From an uncultured Chloroflexia bacterium (GTDB taxonomy: Bacteria > Chloroflexota > Anaerolineae > Anaerolineales > E44-bin32), in assembly GCA_963807065.1 (NCBI GenBank), contig CAWDZQ010000002.1, positions 177,260 through 241,259 of the forward strand: a stretch of 64,000 bases of DNA. Direction: 5' to 3'. A program made the translations under genes and the position numbers. The notes under the pieces are model-generated. The model ran no database searches, was not told the origin of the DNA, and saw nothing but the letters and a program-made list of their open reading frames with translations. Below, in pieces: positions 1 through 8,774 of the stretch (the stretch's first letter is position 1; every line of letters starts with the position of its first letter).

Positions 1-53
1 AAGGGTGCCAAGCGAGGGAGCCCCTGGGCACGCCCTTCACTGACCCCATGCCC

Positions 54-858
54 CTACAGGCGGTAGATCTCGAGCAGATGGCGTTCCTTTTCCCCCTCCA
101 TATGGGCGACAACCTCGACATAGGCCTCGAGCGTCGAATTGGTCAATATTCGCCGCAGCAGGTCATCCACCTGGAAGATACCGACCGAATTGTTGAGATG
201 GATGTTGAGGCGGATCGGGCGCTCTTCACCGCGCTCGATGCTCACCGACTCGACCGCCTGGGCGGAAACCGAGTGGATGTTGATCTCGCCGGCCTCGAAC
301 AGGATGCGCGACCGCTCCTCGGTCATGTCCAAGGCATCGGCCACTTTGAGAACGCCGGCTTCCAGGCTTAGGCAGCCGACATCCCAGCGATGGGCGATCA
401 CGGCGTGCAGTACCTCGGCCACCACCTTGGTCAACACCGCCTCTTGGTAAAGGCCGGTGAGAAGTTGACGCGCCTTGGGATAGGCCAGGATCAGGGAATA
501 GCTTTCGTGATTGTCCCGATGAACCGCGATGCCGATATCGTGCAAGCAGGCGACTGTCACCACCATGTCTCCGCGTCTTCATACGTCAGACCACAGTCCT
601 TCACGACGCTAGGGGGACCCCAGAATCCCGCAGCAGCCTAAAGAGCTTGCCGCAGGCATTGGCCACAATTTGGATATGCACCGGACCGTGGTCGCTGATT
701 CCCGCTCGATCGATGGCGGTGACGTTGGGGCACTCCCAAAGCTGCAGCAGTTCCTGATTGGCGTTGACCCGCTTCAGCAGACCTTCCTGTTTCTGACTGC
801 CTTGTGTGCTGACTTTGAACGCCACACTGCCTCCTGACCCGCACCAGCTGACCCGCAT
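54..858 (-). pseudogene. HDIG/HD-domain metal-dependent phosphohydrolase with a broken reading frame
   Basis: ORF 54..566 carries the HDIG motif (VACLHDIG) and the C-terminal part. The upstream part, including the first His region (NANQELLQLWECPNVTAIDRAGISDHGPVHIQIVANACGKLF), lies in another frame as the tail of ORF 601..1272. A third frame reads DCGLTYEDAET between them. Joining needs shifts near the G5 run at 612-616 and near 565-572. The start is ATG 858 or a GTG about 30 nt downstream. Confidence 0.6.
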
Positions 859-917
859 TCTGGATTCATTACGAATCCGCGCCGGGCCCGCGCCGCCAAG
901 CCGGGATTCGTCCATTT

Positions 918-933
918 TGTGAAATTTCCCACA
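918..933. promoter_or_regulatory. CRP/FNR-type site TGTGA-N6-CCACA (one mismatch)
   Basis: The sequence is attttGTGAaatttcCCACAaatt, with flanks matching the extended ATTTGTGA..TCACAAAT pattern of the other copies. It lies between the stop of the 1035..1475 gene and the start of the HDIG gene. Confidence 0.45.
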
Positions 934-1034
934 AATTCTGGCCATCCGTTGCAGGATCGACGTGCAGACAGCAAGCATCGCCAGGCGGATCCACGGCCGC
1001 CTGGCATGGGCAACCACCGCCTGAAGAGGCGGAG

Positions 1035-1475
1035 TCAGGCGATTTCCGGCTCGGTCAAATCGGGAGCCTGGCCGCTGGCACTCTCCGGCACCATGACGCC
1101 TACTGGCCGAGGGGCGTATTGCCGAGCATGCCGAGCGAATGTTATGGAGAGCCACAGGATGACGGCAGCGTTGATCGGGTGCAAGGCGGCAATCCACGGT
1201 ACGCTGTGGCGCAGCGAAGGCAGGATTGTCTGGATCACGTACACCAGGAACAGCAGTCCCAACCTGCCCCATGCCGCCCTAGGCAATCGGCCAAGCAGCC
1301 CAAAGATCACATTGAGCAGCAAGAGATAGCCGATGCTGAAACCAACCCCGATGTGGAAATCCCAGATCAGTCCGCTGTCGAACAAGGCCAGTCCCGCCAG
1401 GACGAACTGTGTGATCACGCCCCCCGCGAACAGCCAAAGTATGACCACGTACGCGCTCCTCATTACGCCACGCAT
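1035..1475 (-). CDS. small integral membrane protein (about 4 TM helices), function unknown
   Basis: The 146-aa ORF has hydrophobic segments (VVILWLFAGGVITQFVLAGLALF, FSIGYLLLLNVIFGLLG, LLFLVYVIQTIL, AAVILWLSITF). Coding looks better than in the overlapping frames. Confidence 0.6.
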   Translation of the reverse strand: MRGVMRSAYVVILWLFAGGVITQFVLAGLALFDSGLIWDFHIGVGFSIGYLLLLNVIFGLLGRLPRAAWGRLGLLFLVYVIQTILPSLRHSVPWIAALHPINAAVILWLSITFARHARQYAPRPVGVMVPESASGQAPDLTEPEIA

Positions 1476-1590
1476 TACTCAGCCTCCTCCCGAGAGTTTC
1501 CCAAATCCGCCGCACTCGACGCTGGGGCGGCAAGCACAAGCATCAGTTTAGTCTTGGGGAACCGGGCGCGTCATGAGGGGCCAACCCCAA

Positions 1591-1617
1591 CCGGCCCGGG
1601 AAAGTTTCCCGGGCCGG
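1591..1617 (-). terminator. GC-rich hairpin downstream of the ApbE/ferric-reductase-like operon
   Basis: ccggcccggga-aagtt-tcccgggccgg forms an 11-bp perfect stem about 35 nt after the stop at 1652. There is no clear U tract. Confidence 0.45.
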
Positions 1618-1651
1618 TCCAAGGGTGGTGAGAGCGCGTGATAGGTTGGAT

Positions 1652-2392
1652 TTAGTGGGATTGTCGTCGTGGTTCAGCGCCCGTCACCAACCCTGACAGC
1701 CGGCGCTGCAAGCCAATGACCAGCCAGTAGGTCGTCAAGAAGACGATGATCAGGAAGGTTCCAGCATACAGCAGCCGCGTGAACCAGAGTGCCGAGTCGG
1801 TCCCAGCCAAAAGCGCGTGCGCAGCCACCCCAAGATAAGCGACCAGGCTGAGCGTGTGAATCGCCCGGAAGGCCCGGCTCCCGATTCGGCCGCGCATATA
1901 GAACGTTACCGTCACCAGCAGGATCAGGTAAAGACTGATCACGCCCAGGCCAACCCACACAGGGCGATAAGGTGACAGGAAGGGCACCAGGGCCTGAGCC
2001 AGGGTGTAGGGAAGATAGTGATCGAACATCAATACGCCGACGTGGAGGGCGACGAATCCGATCGACAGCAGAGAGATAAACTGGTGATAGTCGTAGGTGA
2101 ACGTCCGATGGAGCATTCGGTCGAGGATCTTGCTCGAAACCGCCAACCCCCACGCGGTCGACAACCATAAGAGGAAATAGGCCATTAAGCCTGAAGCGCG
2201 TGTGATGTACCACATGACCTGTACACTGCTCAGGGCGAAGATCGGATCAAGCGCGTCGGTGAAACGGGCCCCCAGAGTCGAGCTGGCCAGCATGTAGATC
2301 CCAGCGCCTCCCAGGAAGGCCACCGTCCCCGCCAGGGCCAGCCAGCCCATGCTGCCGGATGACTCGGCGTCAGATTTCCAGGCCTGCGACAT
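1652..2392 (-). CDS. ferric-reductase-like (MsrQ/YedZ-type) transmembrane haem-binding protein
   Basis: Polytopic membrane ORF with conserved His residues in the TM helices (HQFISLLSIGFVALHVG, AIHTLSLVAYLGVAAHAL). I chose the ATG at 2392 because AGGAG lies 7 nt upstream. It overlaps the ApbE stop by 23 nt. Confidence 0.75.
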   Translation of the reverse strand: MSQAWKSDAESSGSMGWLALAGTVAFLGGAGIYMLASSTLGARFTDALDPIFALSSVQVMWYITRASGLMAYFLLWLSTAWGLAVSSKILDRMLHRTFTYDYHQFISLLSIGFVALHVGVLMFDHYLPYTLAQALVPFLSPYRPVWVGLGVISLYLILLVTVTFYMRGRIGSRAFRAIHTLSLVAYLGVAAHALLAGTDSALWFTRLLYAGTFLIIVFLTTYWLVIGLQRRLSGLVTGAEPRRQSH

Positions 2393-3312
2393 GAGATAAC
2401 TCCTGACTTTGAGCTGAGCCCTGCAAACGGCCGTCGCCATCGACGGCCAGGTAGACCATCCCCGTCCGGGTTGCCACCAACTCCGGGGCAAGCTGTGGTC
2501 CGCCGATCAAGCACGCCTTGGCAAAAGCTTCGGCTTCGGTGGCGGAAGGCGACAGGACGGTGACGCTCAGCCACGGCGACTGCGCCGGCTCGCCGGTCCT
2601 CGGATCGATGATGTGGTGCATGGTCTCTCCCGACTGGAGCCATTTGCGCTTGGTCACGGAAGACGTTGCACAGGAGCCGGAGCGCAAGGTCAGGGTGGTC
2701 AAATCCCTGTCCGGCTGACGGGGATCCTCCAGCCCGACGGACCAGCCATCGGCGTCCTTGGGAAGCCCGAGCACGGAGATGTCGCCTCCGGCGCTGACGG
2801 CACAGCCATCGGCGTACTCCGCCAGCCGCTCCGCCGCCTTGGCGGCCAGCCACCCTTTTGCGATTCCCCCCAAGTCGATCTGCATGCCTTGCGGAAGGCG
2901 AACCCGTCGTCCAACGGGGTCCAGTTCCGCCTCAGCGAAGTCGGGGGGCGTTTCGGACGGCGAATGCCGGTCCGGAGTTCGATGGCGTCGCCTCCAGAAG
3001 TTCGATGCTCCGGTCGTAGCCGCTGGCCGCCAGGGCCGGCAGCACGGCTGGATTGAACAGGCCCCGGGTTGGGGCCACATAGGATTGGGCGGCCAGCAAC
3101 AGGTCAAACATGTCTTGAGATACCTCCCGCCACTTACCGGACGAGCGGTTCAGCCTCATCAACTCGCTGTCAGGCGAGAAGCGCGTGAATCGGCGCTCGC
3201 CATCCCGGATCACAGCCCGCGCCTCGCGAAACCCAAGCCGCACGTGCTCCAGTCGGCCCTCCGCCGCGAACAGGATCTCAGTGGTCATCGCCCGAAAGTG
3301 ATCGAAGTGCAT
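2370..3312 (-). pseudogene. apbE: FAD:protein FMN transferase (ApbE family), frame interrupted once
   Basis: The N-terminal half is in ORF 2932..3435 from M at 3312 (HFRAMTTEI, FSPDSELMRLN, GLFNPAV, GYDRS). The C-terminal half is in ORF 2370..3107 (DLGGIAKGW, SAGGDI, HHIIDPRTGEP). Removing one base from the G6 run at 2943-2948 gives a continuous ...AVRNAPDFAEAELDPVGRRVRLPQGMQIDLGGIAKGW. Confidence 0.75.
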
Positions 3313-3334
3313 TTCGGCATCTCCACGATGGGTC

Positions 3335-3607
3335 CTAGGATCCACCGGTGCGCATGACGGGAAGAAACGACCGCGAGCGGAAACTCGGAACGGAAGGCGC
3401 CGGCTGACTGAACTCGCTCCCCCCGATGTTGGCATTCAGGGGAGGGAGCGGTGTGAGGGTCGCCATCGGCGCCACGGCGGGATCACTTCCGGCACTGCTG
3501 GATGAGGCCGGTTTGGGAGCGTGGGCCAGAAGCACCCAGCCTCCCATGAACCCCCCGAGACTGACACTGGCCATCCACAATCGCAGGACATCTTTCGTGT
3601 GTTTCAT
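3335..3607 (-). CDS. small N-terminally anchored Ser/Pro-rich protein, unknown function
   Basis: The 90-aa ORF has one TM segment (WMASVSLGGFMGGWVLLA). It is packed tightly between the upstream gene (stop 3612) and the apbE start (3312). Confidence 0.5.
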   Translation of the reverse strand: MKHTKDVLRLWMASVSLGGFMGGWVLLAHAPKPASSSSAGSDPAVAPMATLTPLPPLNANIGGSEFSQPAPSVPSFRSRSFLPVMRTGGS

Positions 3608-3611
3608 CTTA

Positions 3612-3983
3612 CTACCTCCGAGGGATCAGGATCGTACCGTCGCCTTGAATGGCGATCACCCCGCGTGCCTGGAGCTCCCCCAGTATCTGCTGCAAGACTT
3701 GCACCTGCTGCTGCTCCTGACTCGCCTGCTGCTGCAGGCTCTGAAGCTGCGACTGGTACTGCTGCTCGCGAGCCTGGTACTCCGATATCCGGGACTGCAG
3801 CTGCTGGACTTGAGATGTCGAATTTGCCACATTGCTGACCGAGCTGCTGCCGGCTGCGGTCGCCGAGTTGAGCGTCGGTGCGGTGTTCTGGTTGAACAGA
3901 GCGTTGGCTCCGATGCCGAGCATCGCCAACCCGACGATGCCGGTCATGATCAACGCTGCGAACAGGGCTGGGATGTGTTTCAT
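3612..3983 (-). CDS. membrane-anchored Gln-rich coiled-coil protein, unknown function
   Basis: The 123-aa ORF has an N-terminal TM segment (IPALFAALIMTGIVGLAMLGIG) followed by a Q-rich heptad-like region (QVQQLQSRISEYQAREQQYQSQLQSLQQQASQEQQQVQVLQQ). It is the first gene of the operon. Confidence 0.6.
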   Translation of the reverse strand: MKHIPALFAALIMTGIVGLAMLGIGANALFNQNTAPTLNSATAAGSSSVSNVANSTSQVQQLQSRISEYQAREQQYQSQLQSLQQQASQEQQQVQVLQQILGELQARGVIAIQGDGTILIPRR

Positions 3984-4018
3984 GTCCTATCCTTTGAACC
4001 TTCGTGTGTGAACCGTCT

Positions 4019-4063
4019 CGCTGGCTGGGGCCGGCGCAGAGCCGGCGCCGGTCCCAGCCAGCG
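4019..4063 (-). terminator. long GC-rich hairpin after htrA
   Basis: cgctggctggggccggcgc / gcgccggtcccagccagcg are 19-nt arms with one mismatch and a 7-nt loop. The hairpin starts 17 nt after the htrA stop (4080). Confidence 0.5.
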
Positions 4064-4079
4064 CTGTTCCAGCTCAGCC

Positions 4080-5330
4080 CTAGCCGCCAATCTGCTTCGG
4101 AAGCGCTCCCAGGGTGAGGGACACATTCTTCGTCTGGCCGTTCCGCAGGATGGTCAATGTGATCGTCTGTCCGACCTGGGTATCGTCGAACAGGATCGAG
4201 GCCAGATCTTCAAAGCTGTTGACGCTCTTTCCGTCTATGGCCGTGATCACATCACCACCGACGGGGATCTGCTGTCCGTTGATGGTGGCCTGCTGATTGC
4301 TGCCCTGCAGCCCGGCCTTGGCCGCCGGACCGTTGCTGGCGACGTCCACCACCAATGCACCCTTCTGCTGCGGGTCCAGATTCATCGCCTGAGCCAGGTC
4401 GTAGTTCAGACTAGTTCCGCTGATACCGATCCACGGGTGCCGGTACTGCCCAGTCTGGATCAGAGACGTGACTACCGTGTTGACAATGTTGGAAGGGATG
4501 GCGAAACCGATGCCGGCATTGGCGTCGACCGGCGACTGAATGGCGGCGGTTACTCCGATCACCTGCCCGTTCGTGTCCAAGAGAACTCCCCCGGAGTTGC
4601 CCGGGTTGATAGCGGCATCGGTCTGGATGATGTCGGGGATCGAGTAGGTGGGGCCGGAGGATCCGCTCGAGGATTGCACCGGGAGCGAACGGCCCATGGC
4701 GCTGACAATGCCCTGGGTCATGGTGCCGGCCAACCCGTAGGGGTTGCCGATAGCGATGTCGATTTCGCCGACCTTGACCGTGCTGGAGTTGGCCAATGTG
4801 ACCGGTTTGAGCAGACTCGAATCAACCTTGACGTTGATCACCGCCAGATCGCTGTTGGGGTCCGTCCCAACCACCGTCGCCGGGACGGACGTCCCGTCGG
4901 AGAAGGCAACGTCAATCTGGCTCGCACCGGCGACCACGTGGTTGTTGGTGACGATGTCCCCCTGCTTGTCCCACACGAAGCCGGATCCCAGCGCCTGCTG
5001 GGTCGGCTGCTGCTGGGAGAAGCCGAAGGGATTGCCCGGGAGCCCCTGGAATGAGGAATTCCGAGGGGCAGATTCCACGACATGGACGTTGACCACAGAC
5101 GGATTGACCTGCGTGTAGATCGACTCAAACAGGTTCTGTGTGGCTCCGAGGTCGGTCAGTGACCCCGCGCTCGATGCCGGAAGCGATGGCGATGAGACGT
5201 CCGGTGCGGCTTGGGCCACGGCTGGCGTGGCGCTCGCCTGATTGTGTGAAACCAGCGCCGCCCCGCTGAAACCGCTCAAGAGCATGATGGGCACAACCAG
5301 CAAGATGGCGAACTTCTTCGAGATCTTCAT
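4080..5330 (-). CDS. htrA: HtrA/DegP-family periplasmic serine protease with a C-terminal PDZ domain
   Basis: Has a signal/TM N-terminus and trypsin-like motifs (TNNHVV, DLAVI, GNSGGVLLD) followed by a PDZ-like tail. AGGAGG lies 8 nt upstream of the ATG. Confidence 0.9.
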   Translation of the reverse strand: MKISKKFAILLVVPIMLLSGFSGAALVSHNQASATPAVAQAAPDVSSPSLPASSAGSLTDLGATQNLFESIYTQVNPSVVNVHVVESAPRNSSFQGLPGNPFGFSQQQPTQQALGSGFVWDKQGDIVTNNHVVAGASQIDVAFSDGTSVPATVVGTDPNSDLAVINVKVDSSLLKPVTLANSSTVKVGEIDIAIGNPYGLAGTMTQGIVSAMGRSLPVQSSSGSSGPTYSIPDIIQTDAAINPGNSGGVLLDTNGQVIGVTAAIQSPVDANAGIGFAIPSNIVNTVVTSLIQTGQYRHPWIGISGTSLNYDLAQAMNLDPQQKGALVVDVASNGPAAKAGLQGSNQQATINGQQIPVGGDVITAIDGKSVNSFEDLASILFDDTQVGQTITLTILRNGQTKNVSLTLGALPKQIGG

Positions 5331-5365
5331 TTGGATACCTCCTGCAATCTACCGAATTGCCGATT

Positions 5366-5381
5366 TGTGAAACCTTGCACA
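5366..5381. promoter_or_regulatory. CRP/FNR-type site TGTGA-N6-GCACA (one mismatch)
   Basis: The sequence is cgatTTGTGAaaccttGCACAAtc, in the divergent htrA / response-regulator intergenic region, 36-51 nt upstream of the htrA ATG. Confidence 0.45.
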
Positions 5382-5557
5382 ATCTGTCCGGCCGATGCCG
5401 GCGGTCCTGTGCGAACTTTCCGAAGTCTACTCACCCAACATGACAGTCGGATGACAAAGCCCGGCGAGTTTTCTACCGGTGCGCTCGGCCGGCGTTCATC
5501 TGGCTGTCATCTGACTGTGTTGGAGTATTCTTAAGCAAGGAACAGTCCCGGAAACAC

Positions 5558-6256
5558 GTGGGAGATTTCCTCTTGCGGATCTTGTTGGTGGAAGACAACC
5601 AGAGGTTGAGCGACTCGCTGAAGCGGAGCCTGACCGAGGATGGCTATGCCGTCGATGTGGCCTACGACGGTGAGGATGGCGAGGCCTGGGGGTTGAGTTA
5701 TGAGTATGACGCCATCATCCTGGACATCATGCTCCCCAAGAAGGACGGCTTGGCCGTTTGTCGGGCGTTGCGAGATGAACGCGTCAGGAGCCCGATCATC
5801 ATGCTGACCGCCAGAGACACGGTGGGCGACCGGGTCAGCGGCCTGGACAGCGGGGCTGACGACTACTTGGTCAAGCCTTTCGCCCTCGAAGAACTGCTGG
5901 CTCGGCTGCGCGCCCTTCTCCGCCGGGATTCAGATGACAGGTCCGCCGAGTTGCGAGTGGGCGACCTGAAGCTCGATCCAGCCACCCATCGCGTCGAGCG
6001 CGACGGACATGACATCCGGCTGACCGCCAAGGAATTCGCCCTTCTGGAGTACTTCATGCACAATCGCGGGCGTATCGTCACCCGGGAGATGGCGGAAGAC
6101 CACATCTGGAGTTACGACTTCCAGGCGTCTTCCAACGTGGTGGACGTTTACGTTCGCCGGCTCCGGCGCAAGATTGATGACCCATTCGAGACCCAGTTGC
6201 TTGAAACGGTCCGCGGTTCAGGCTACCGTCTGGTCCATCCGGATGAGACCGAATGA
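5558..6256 (+). CDS. OmpR/PhoB-family response regulator
   Basis: Has a receiver domain (RILLVEDN, ILDIMLPKKDG, LTARD, KPF) and a winged-helix output domain (LTAKEFALLEYFM, GSGYRL). An alternative TTG start at 5573 would give MRILLVEDN. Confidence 0.9.
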   Translation: MGDFLLRILLVEDNQRLSDSLKRSLTEDGYAVDVAYDGEDGEAWGLSYEYDAIILDIMLPKKDGLAVCRALRDERVRSPIIMLTARDTVGDRVSGLDSGADDYLVKPFALEELLARLRALLRRDSDDRSAELRVGDLKLDPATHRVERDGHDIRLTAKEFALLEYFMHNRGRIVTREMAEDHIWSYDFQASSNVVDVYVRRLRRKIDDPFETQLLETVRGSGYRLVHPDETE

Positions 6257-7779
6257 GCACCCGACTGGCCAACCTTTGGCGGCGCGTGGGGGACGTCATC
6301 GGCAGCATCCGCTTCCGGCTGACGCTGTGGTTCGTAGCCATCCTGGCCGTCATTCTGCTTGTATTCTCAACCTTCATCTACATCCAACAAGCCCGCGCCC
6401 TACGGGAGGCCAGCCTGGCGAGGCTCGAGAATAAGTTCACCCAGCTTCAGACGCTGGTCCAGCTCCCCGTGCGTGAGCTCACCCGTGCCGGTCATCTGAC
6501 TCTGCCGAGCATGCCCGACAATGCGCAACCGCTCCTGCAAGATGGGGACGTCATGGCCATCACCGACACCTCCGGGCAGGTGGTCCAAGCCACCGGGCCG
6601 CTGAGCGTGGGGACCATCGCCCGCATCACCCAGTCAGAGCTGAACGAACGTCAGAATTCCGATCCCCGCACCTACACGATCACCCCCGAAGCGGACGAGA
6701 CCCAGGCGCGGAGGGCTCAATATCTCTTCCTATTCGCGCCGATCTCCCTGGGCAACAGCGTCATCGCTTTCCTGGTCATGGGCAGCCCGGTCGACCCCGA
6801 CGGCCAACTGCAAAGGCTGATCCTGACCCTGCTCCTGGGATCCATCGGCACCCTGGTCGTCGCCCTGGGCGGCGGATTCTGGCTGGCAGATCGGGCGATG
6901 CGCCCGGTGAAGACGATCACCCACACCGCCCAAGACCTGGGCGAATCCGATCTGAGCCGGCGCTTGAATCTTGGCCGGCACGATGAGTTGGGCGAACTGG
7001 CGGACACCTTCGACGCCATGCTGGACCGCCTTCAGGCCGCCTTCGACCGCCAGCGGAGGTTCACGGCCGACGCCAGTCACGAACTGCGCACGCCCTTGAC
7101 GATCATCAACCTGGAGGCCGGCCGCGCCGCCCAGCCAGGTCGCAGTATGGAAGATATGTTGCAGGCCATGGCGGTTATCCGCTCCGAAAATGAGTTCATG
7201 ACCCGGCTGGTGACCAATCTCCTGACCCTGTCACGGATGGATTCGGGGCAGACGGCCCTCTCATTCGAACCGGTCGACCTGAGCGATGTGGCGCTGGAGG
7301 GCGTCGAGCGCTTGGCTCCGCTGGCGGCCCGCCAGCACGTGAGCCTGACGGCCGGCGACCTGCCTGAGTTGATCATTTCCGGCGATCGGCAGTTCCTGGC
7401 CCAAATGGTCAACAACTTGATTGAAAACGGGATCAAATACACGGCGGGGGCCAGCGAGCGGAAGGTCTGCGTCGAGACCGGCCCGTGCGCCGACGCGGAC
7501 CGGCAGATGGGCTGCCTGCGCGTGGTGGACAGCGGTCAGGGCATCGCCCCCGAACACCTTTCGCACCTCTTCGAACGTTTCTATCAGGCCGACGCCGCCC
7601 GCACTCGCGGAAGATCGGATGGAGAAGACGAAGCATCCTCTTCTGGAGTCGGTTTAGGGCTGTCGATTGTGGACTGGATTGCACGCGCCCACGGGGGGAA
7701 AGTGCGGGTCGAGAGCAGCCTCGGCAAGGGGACGACGTTCGAAGTTCTCCTCCCGCTGGCCTCCGGCGCCAACGGTTGA
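6253..7779 (+). CDS. sensor histidine kinase (TM-sensor-HAMP-HisKA-HATPase_c)
   Basis: Has an H-box (FTADASHELRTPLT), an N-box (NLIENGIKYT) and G-boxes (DSGQGI, GVGLGLSIV). An ATGA overlap couples it to the regulator stop. Confidence 0.9.
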   Translation: MSTRLANLWRRVGDVIGSIRFRLTLWFVAILAVILLVFSTFIYIQQARALREASLARLENKFTQLQTLVQLPVRELTRAGHLTLPSMPDNAQPLLQDGDVMAITDTSGQVVQATGPLSVGTIARITQSELNERQNSDPRTYTITPEADETQARRAQYLFLFAPISLGNSVIAFLVMGSPVDPDGQLQRLILTLLLGSIGTLVVALGGGFWLADRAMRPVKTITHTAQDLGESDLSRRLNLGRHDELGELADTFDAMLDRLQAAFDRQRRFTADASHELRTPLTIINLEAGRAAQPGRSMEDMLQAMAVIRSENEFMTRLVTNLLTLSRMDSGQTALSFEPVDLSDVALEGVERLAPLAARQHVSLTAGDLPELIISGDRQFLAQMVNNLIENGIKYTAGASERKVCVETGPCADADRQMGCLRVVDSGQGIAPEHLSHLFERFYQADAARTRGRSDGEDEASSSGVGLGLSIVDWIARAHGGKVRVESSLGKGTTFEVLLPLASGANG

Positions 7780-7789
7780 CTCCCTGCCC

Positions 7790-8689
7790 CTAGGACGCCC
7801 CAAACAGTCCGATCTCGACGTAGCGCCACTCGCCGTCCAGCTCGGCGAAGAAGGCCACCATGGTGTGCGCCGGCACGGGGTTCAGAACCGACCCGCTGCA
7901 GCATTCGTAGTGCGGAATCTGGCTATAGCCGAGATCGGCGTCCTGGCCGGCGTAGCTCACCCCGATCGTCCCATCCCGTTCGTAGAAGTAGAACGGCTTT
8001 CCGCCCATCAGTTGAAAGCCAAACGCCTCATCATAGCCCAGTTGATCGTTGAGCAGCTGCCCATCCACGTAGACCTGCCCGACCCATAGATCGGGCGTGG
8101 CCATCAGCAGCTCCAGTGACCAATGGCTATCATAAGTCCACAGCCCCTGGAGGGTCGATGCCGGGCTGGGGAAGCCGGCCGGCGCGCTGAAGATCAGCCG
8201 ATCCCCCTGCCACAGCTCAGCCGTCTGTGCCTGCGTGGCGGCATCGGTTTCGATTCTGGCCAGCAGCGTGCCACCTTCGAATTCGGCGGTCAGCGCTGGG
8301 CGGTACTGATCGTCGCTCCGCAAGTCGAGATGGTATTCGTCTTGTCGCTCGGCAGCGCGCCGGGCCAGCACACTTTTCTGCGTGCCAACGACGGGTCGAA
8401 ATGTAAGTGGGTCGAGGGTCGGCTGGCCGACCAGCGGGTACACCTCCAGCACCAAACCGCCCGGCAGAGATTGTGTCTCTGGCGGACTGAGAGCCGGGAG
8501 TGCCGCAGCGGCTTGCGTAGGCTCAGTCGGCACCTGCACCGCAGGCGGTAGCAAGCTTGAGGTGGCGGGGATAGATGTCACCGCAGCTTGACCACCCGGC
8601 GTGGGCGGTCCAGGATGGGCGGCGGGGGCACAAGCCGTCATGGCGAGGATGATCACCGGGGCCAACAGGCAGGGAAGGAGGACGCGCAT
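7790..8689 (-). CDS. predicted lipoprotein, unknown function
   Basis: The internal start at 8689 gives MRVLLPCLLAPVIILAMTAC, a lipobox-like signal. The longer ORF to 8854 would overlap the neighbouring gene. I recognise no motif. Confidence 0.6.
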   Translation of the reverse strand: MRVLLPCLLAPVIILAMTACAPAAHPGPPTPGGQAAVTSIPATSSLLPPAVQVPTEPTQAAAALPALSPPETQSLPGGLVLEVYPLVGQPTLDPLTFRPVVGTQKSVLARRAAERQDEYHLDLRSDDQYRPALTAEFEGGTLLARIETDAATQAQTAELWQGDRLIFSAPAGFPSPASTLQGLWTYDSHWSLELLMATPDLWVGQVYVDGQLLNDQLGYDEAFGFQLMGGKPFYFYERDGTIGVSYAGQDADLGYSQIPHYECCSGSVLNPVPAHTMVAFFAELDGEWRYVEIGLFGAS

Positions 8690-8774
8690 CGTCGTTCGGG
8701 CTCCCGCAAACAGCATAGCACACGATCGGCCGGGGCCGAAGTGACACTCGTCTAAATCTCCGGGGATCGGCGAT

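Noticed and set aside
601-1272. A 223-aa ORF that might be a separate gene upstream of the HD-domain ORF.
   Set aside because: Only its last ~80 codons look like protein, and these read as the missing N-terminal part of the HDIG hydrolase. The remainder is R/P/A-rich and overlaps the 3' end of the 1035..1475 membrane-protein gene.
3426-5054. Very long antisense ORFs in the track. Examples: 3426..5054 (+, 542 aa), 14651..15979 (+, 442 aa), 17305..18408 (+, 367 aa), 19359..20378 (-, 339 aa), 45486..46517 (+, 343 aa), 57715..58791 (+, 358 aa), 60428..62074 (+, 548 aa).
   Set aside because: Each lies exactly opposite a gene with strong family motifs (htrA, gdhA, the DEAD-box helicase, xylF, acr3, the 490-aa ORF, the FGGY kinase). 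Their translations are R/G/H/P/D-rich low-complexity sequence typical of shadow ORFs in high-GC DNA.
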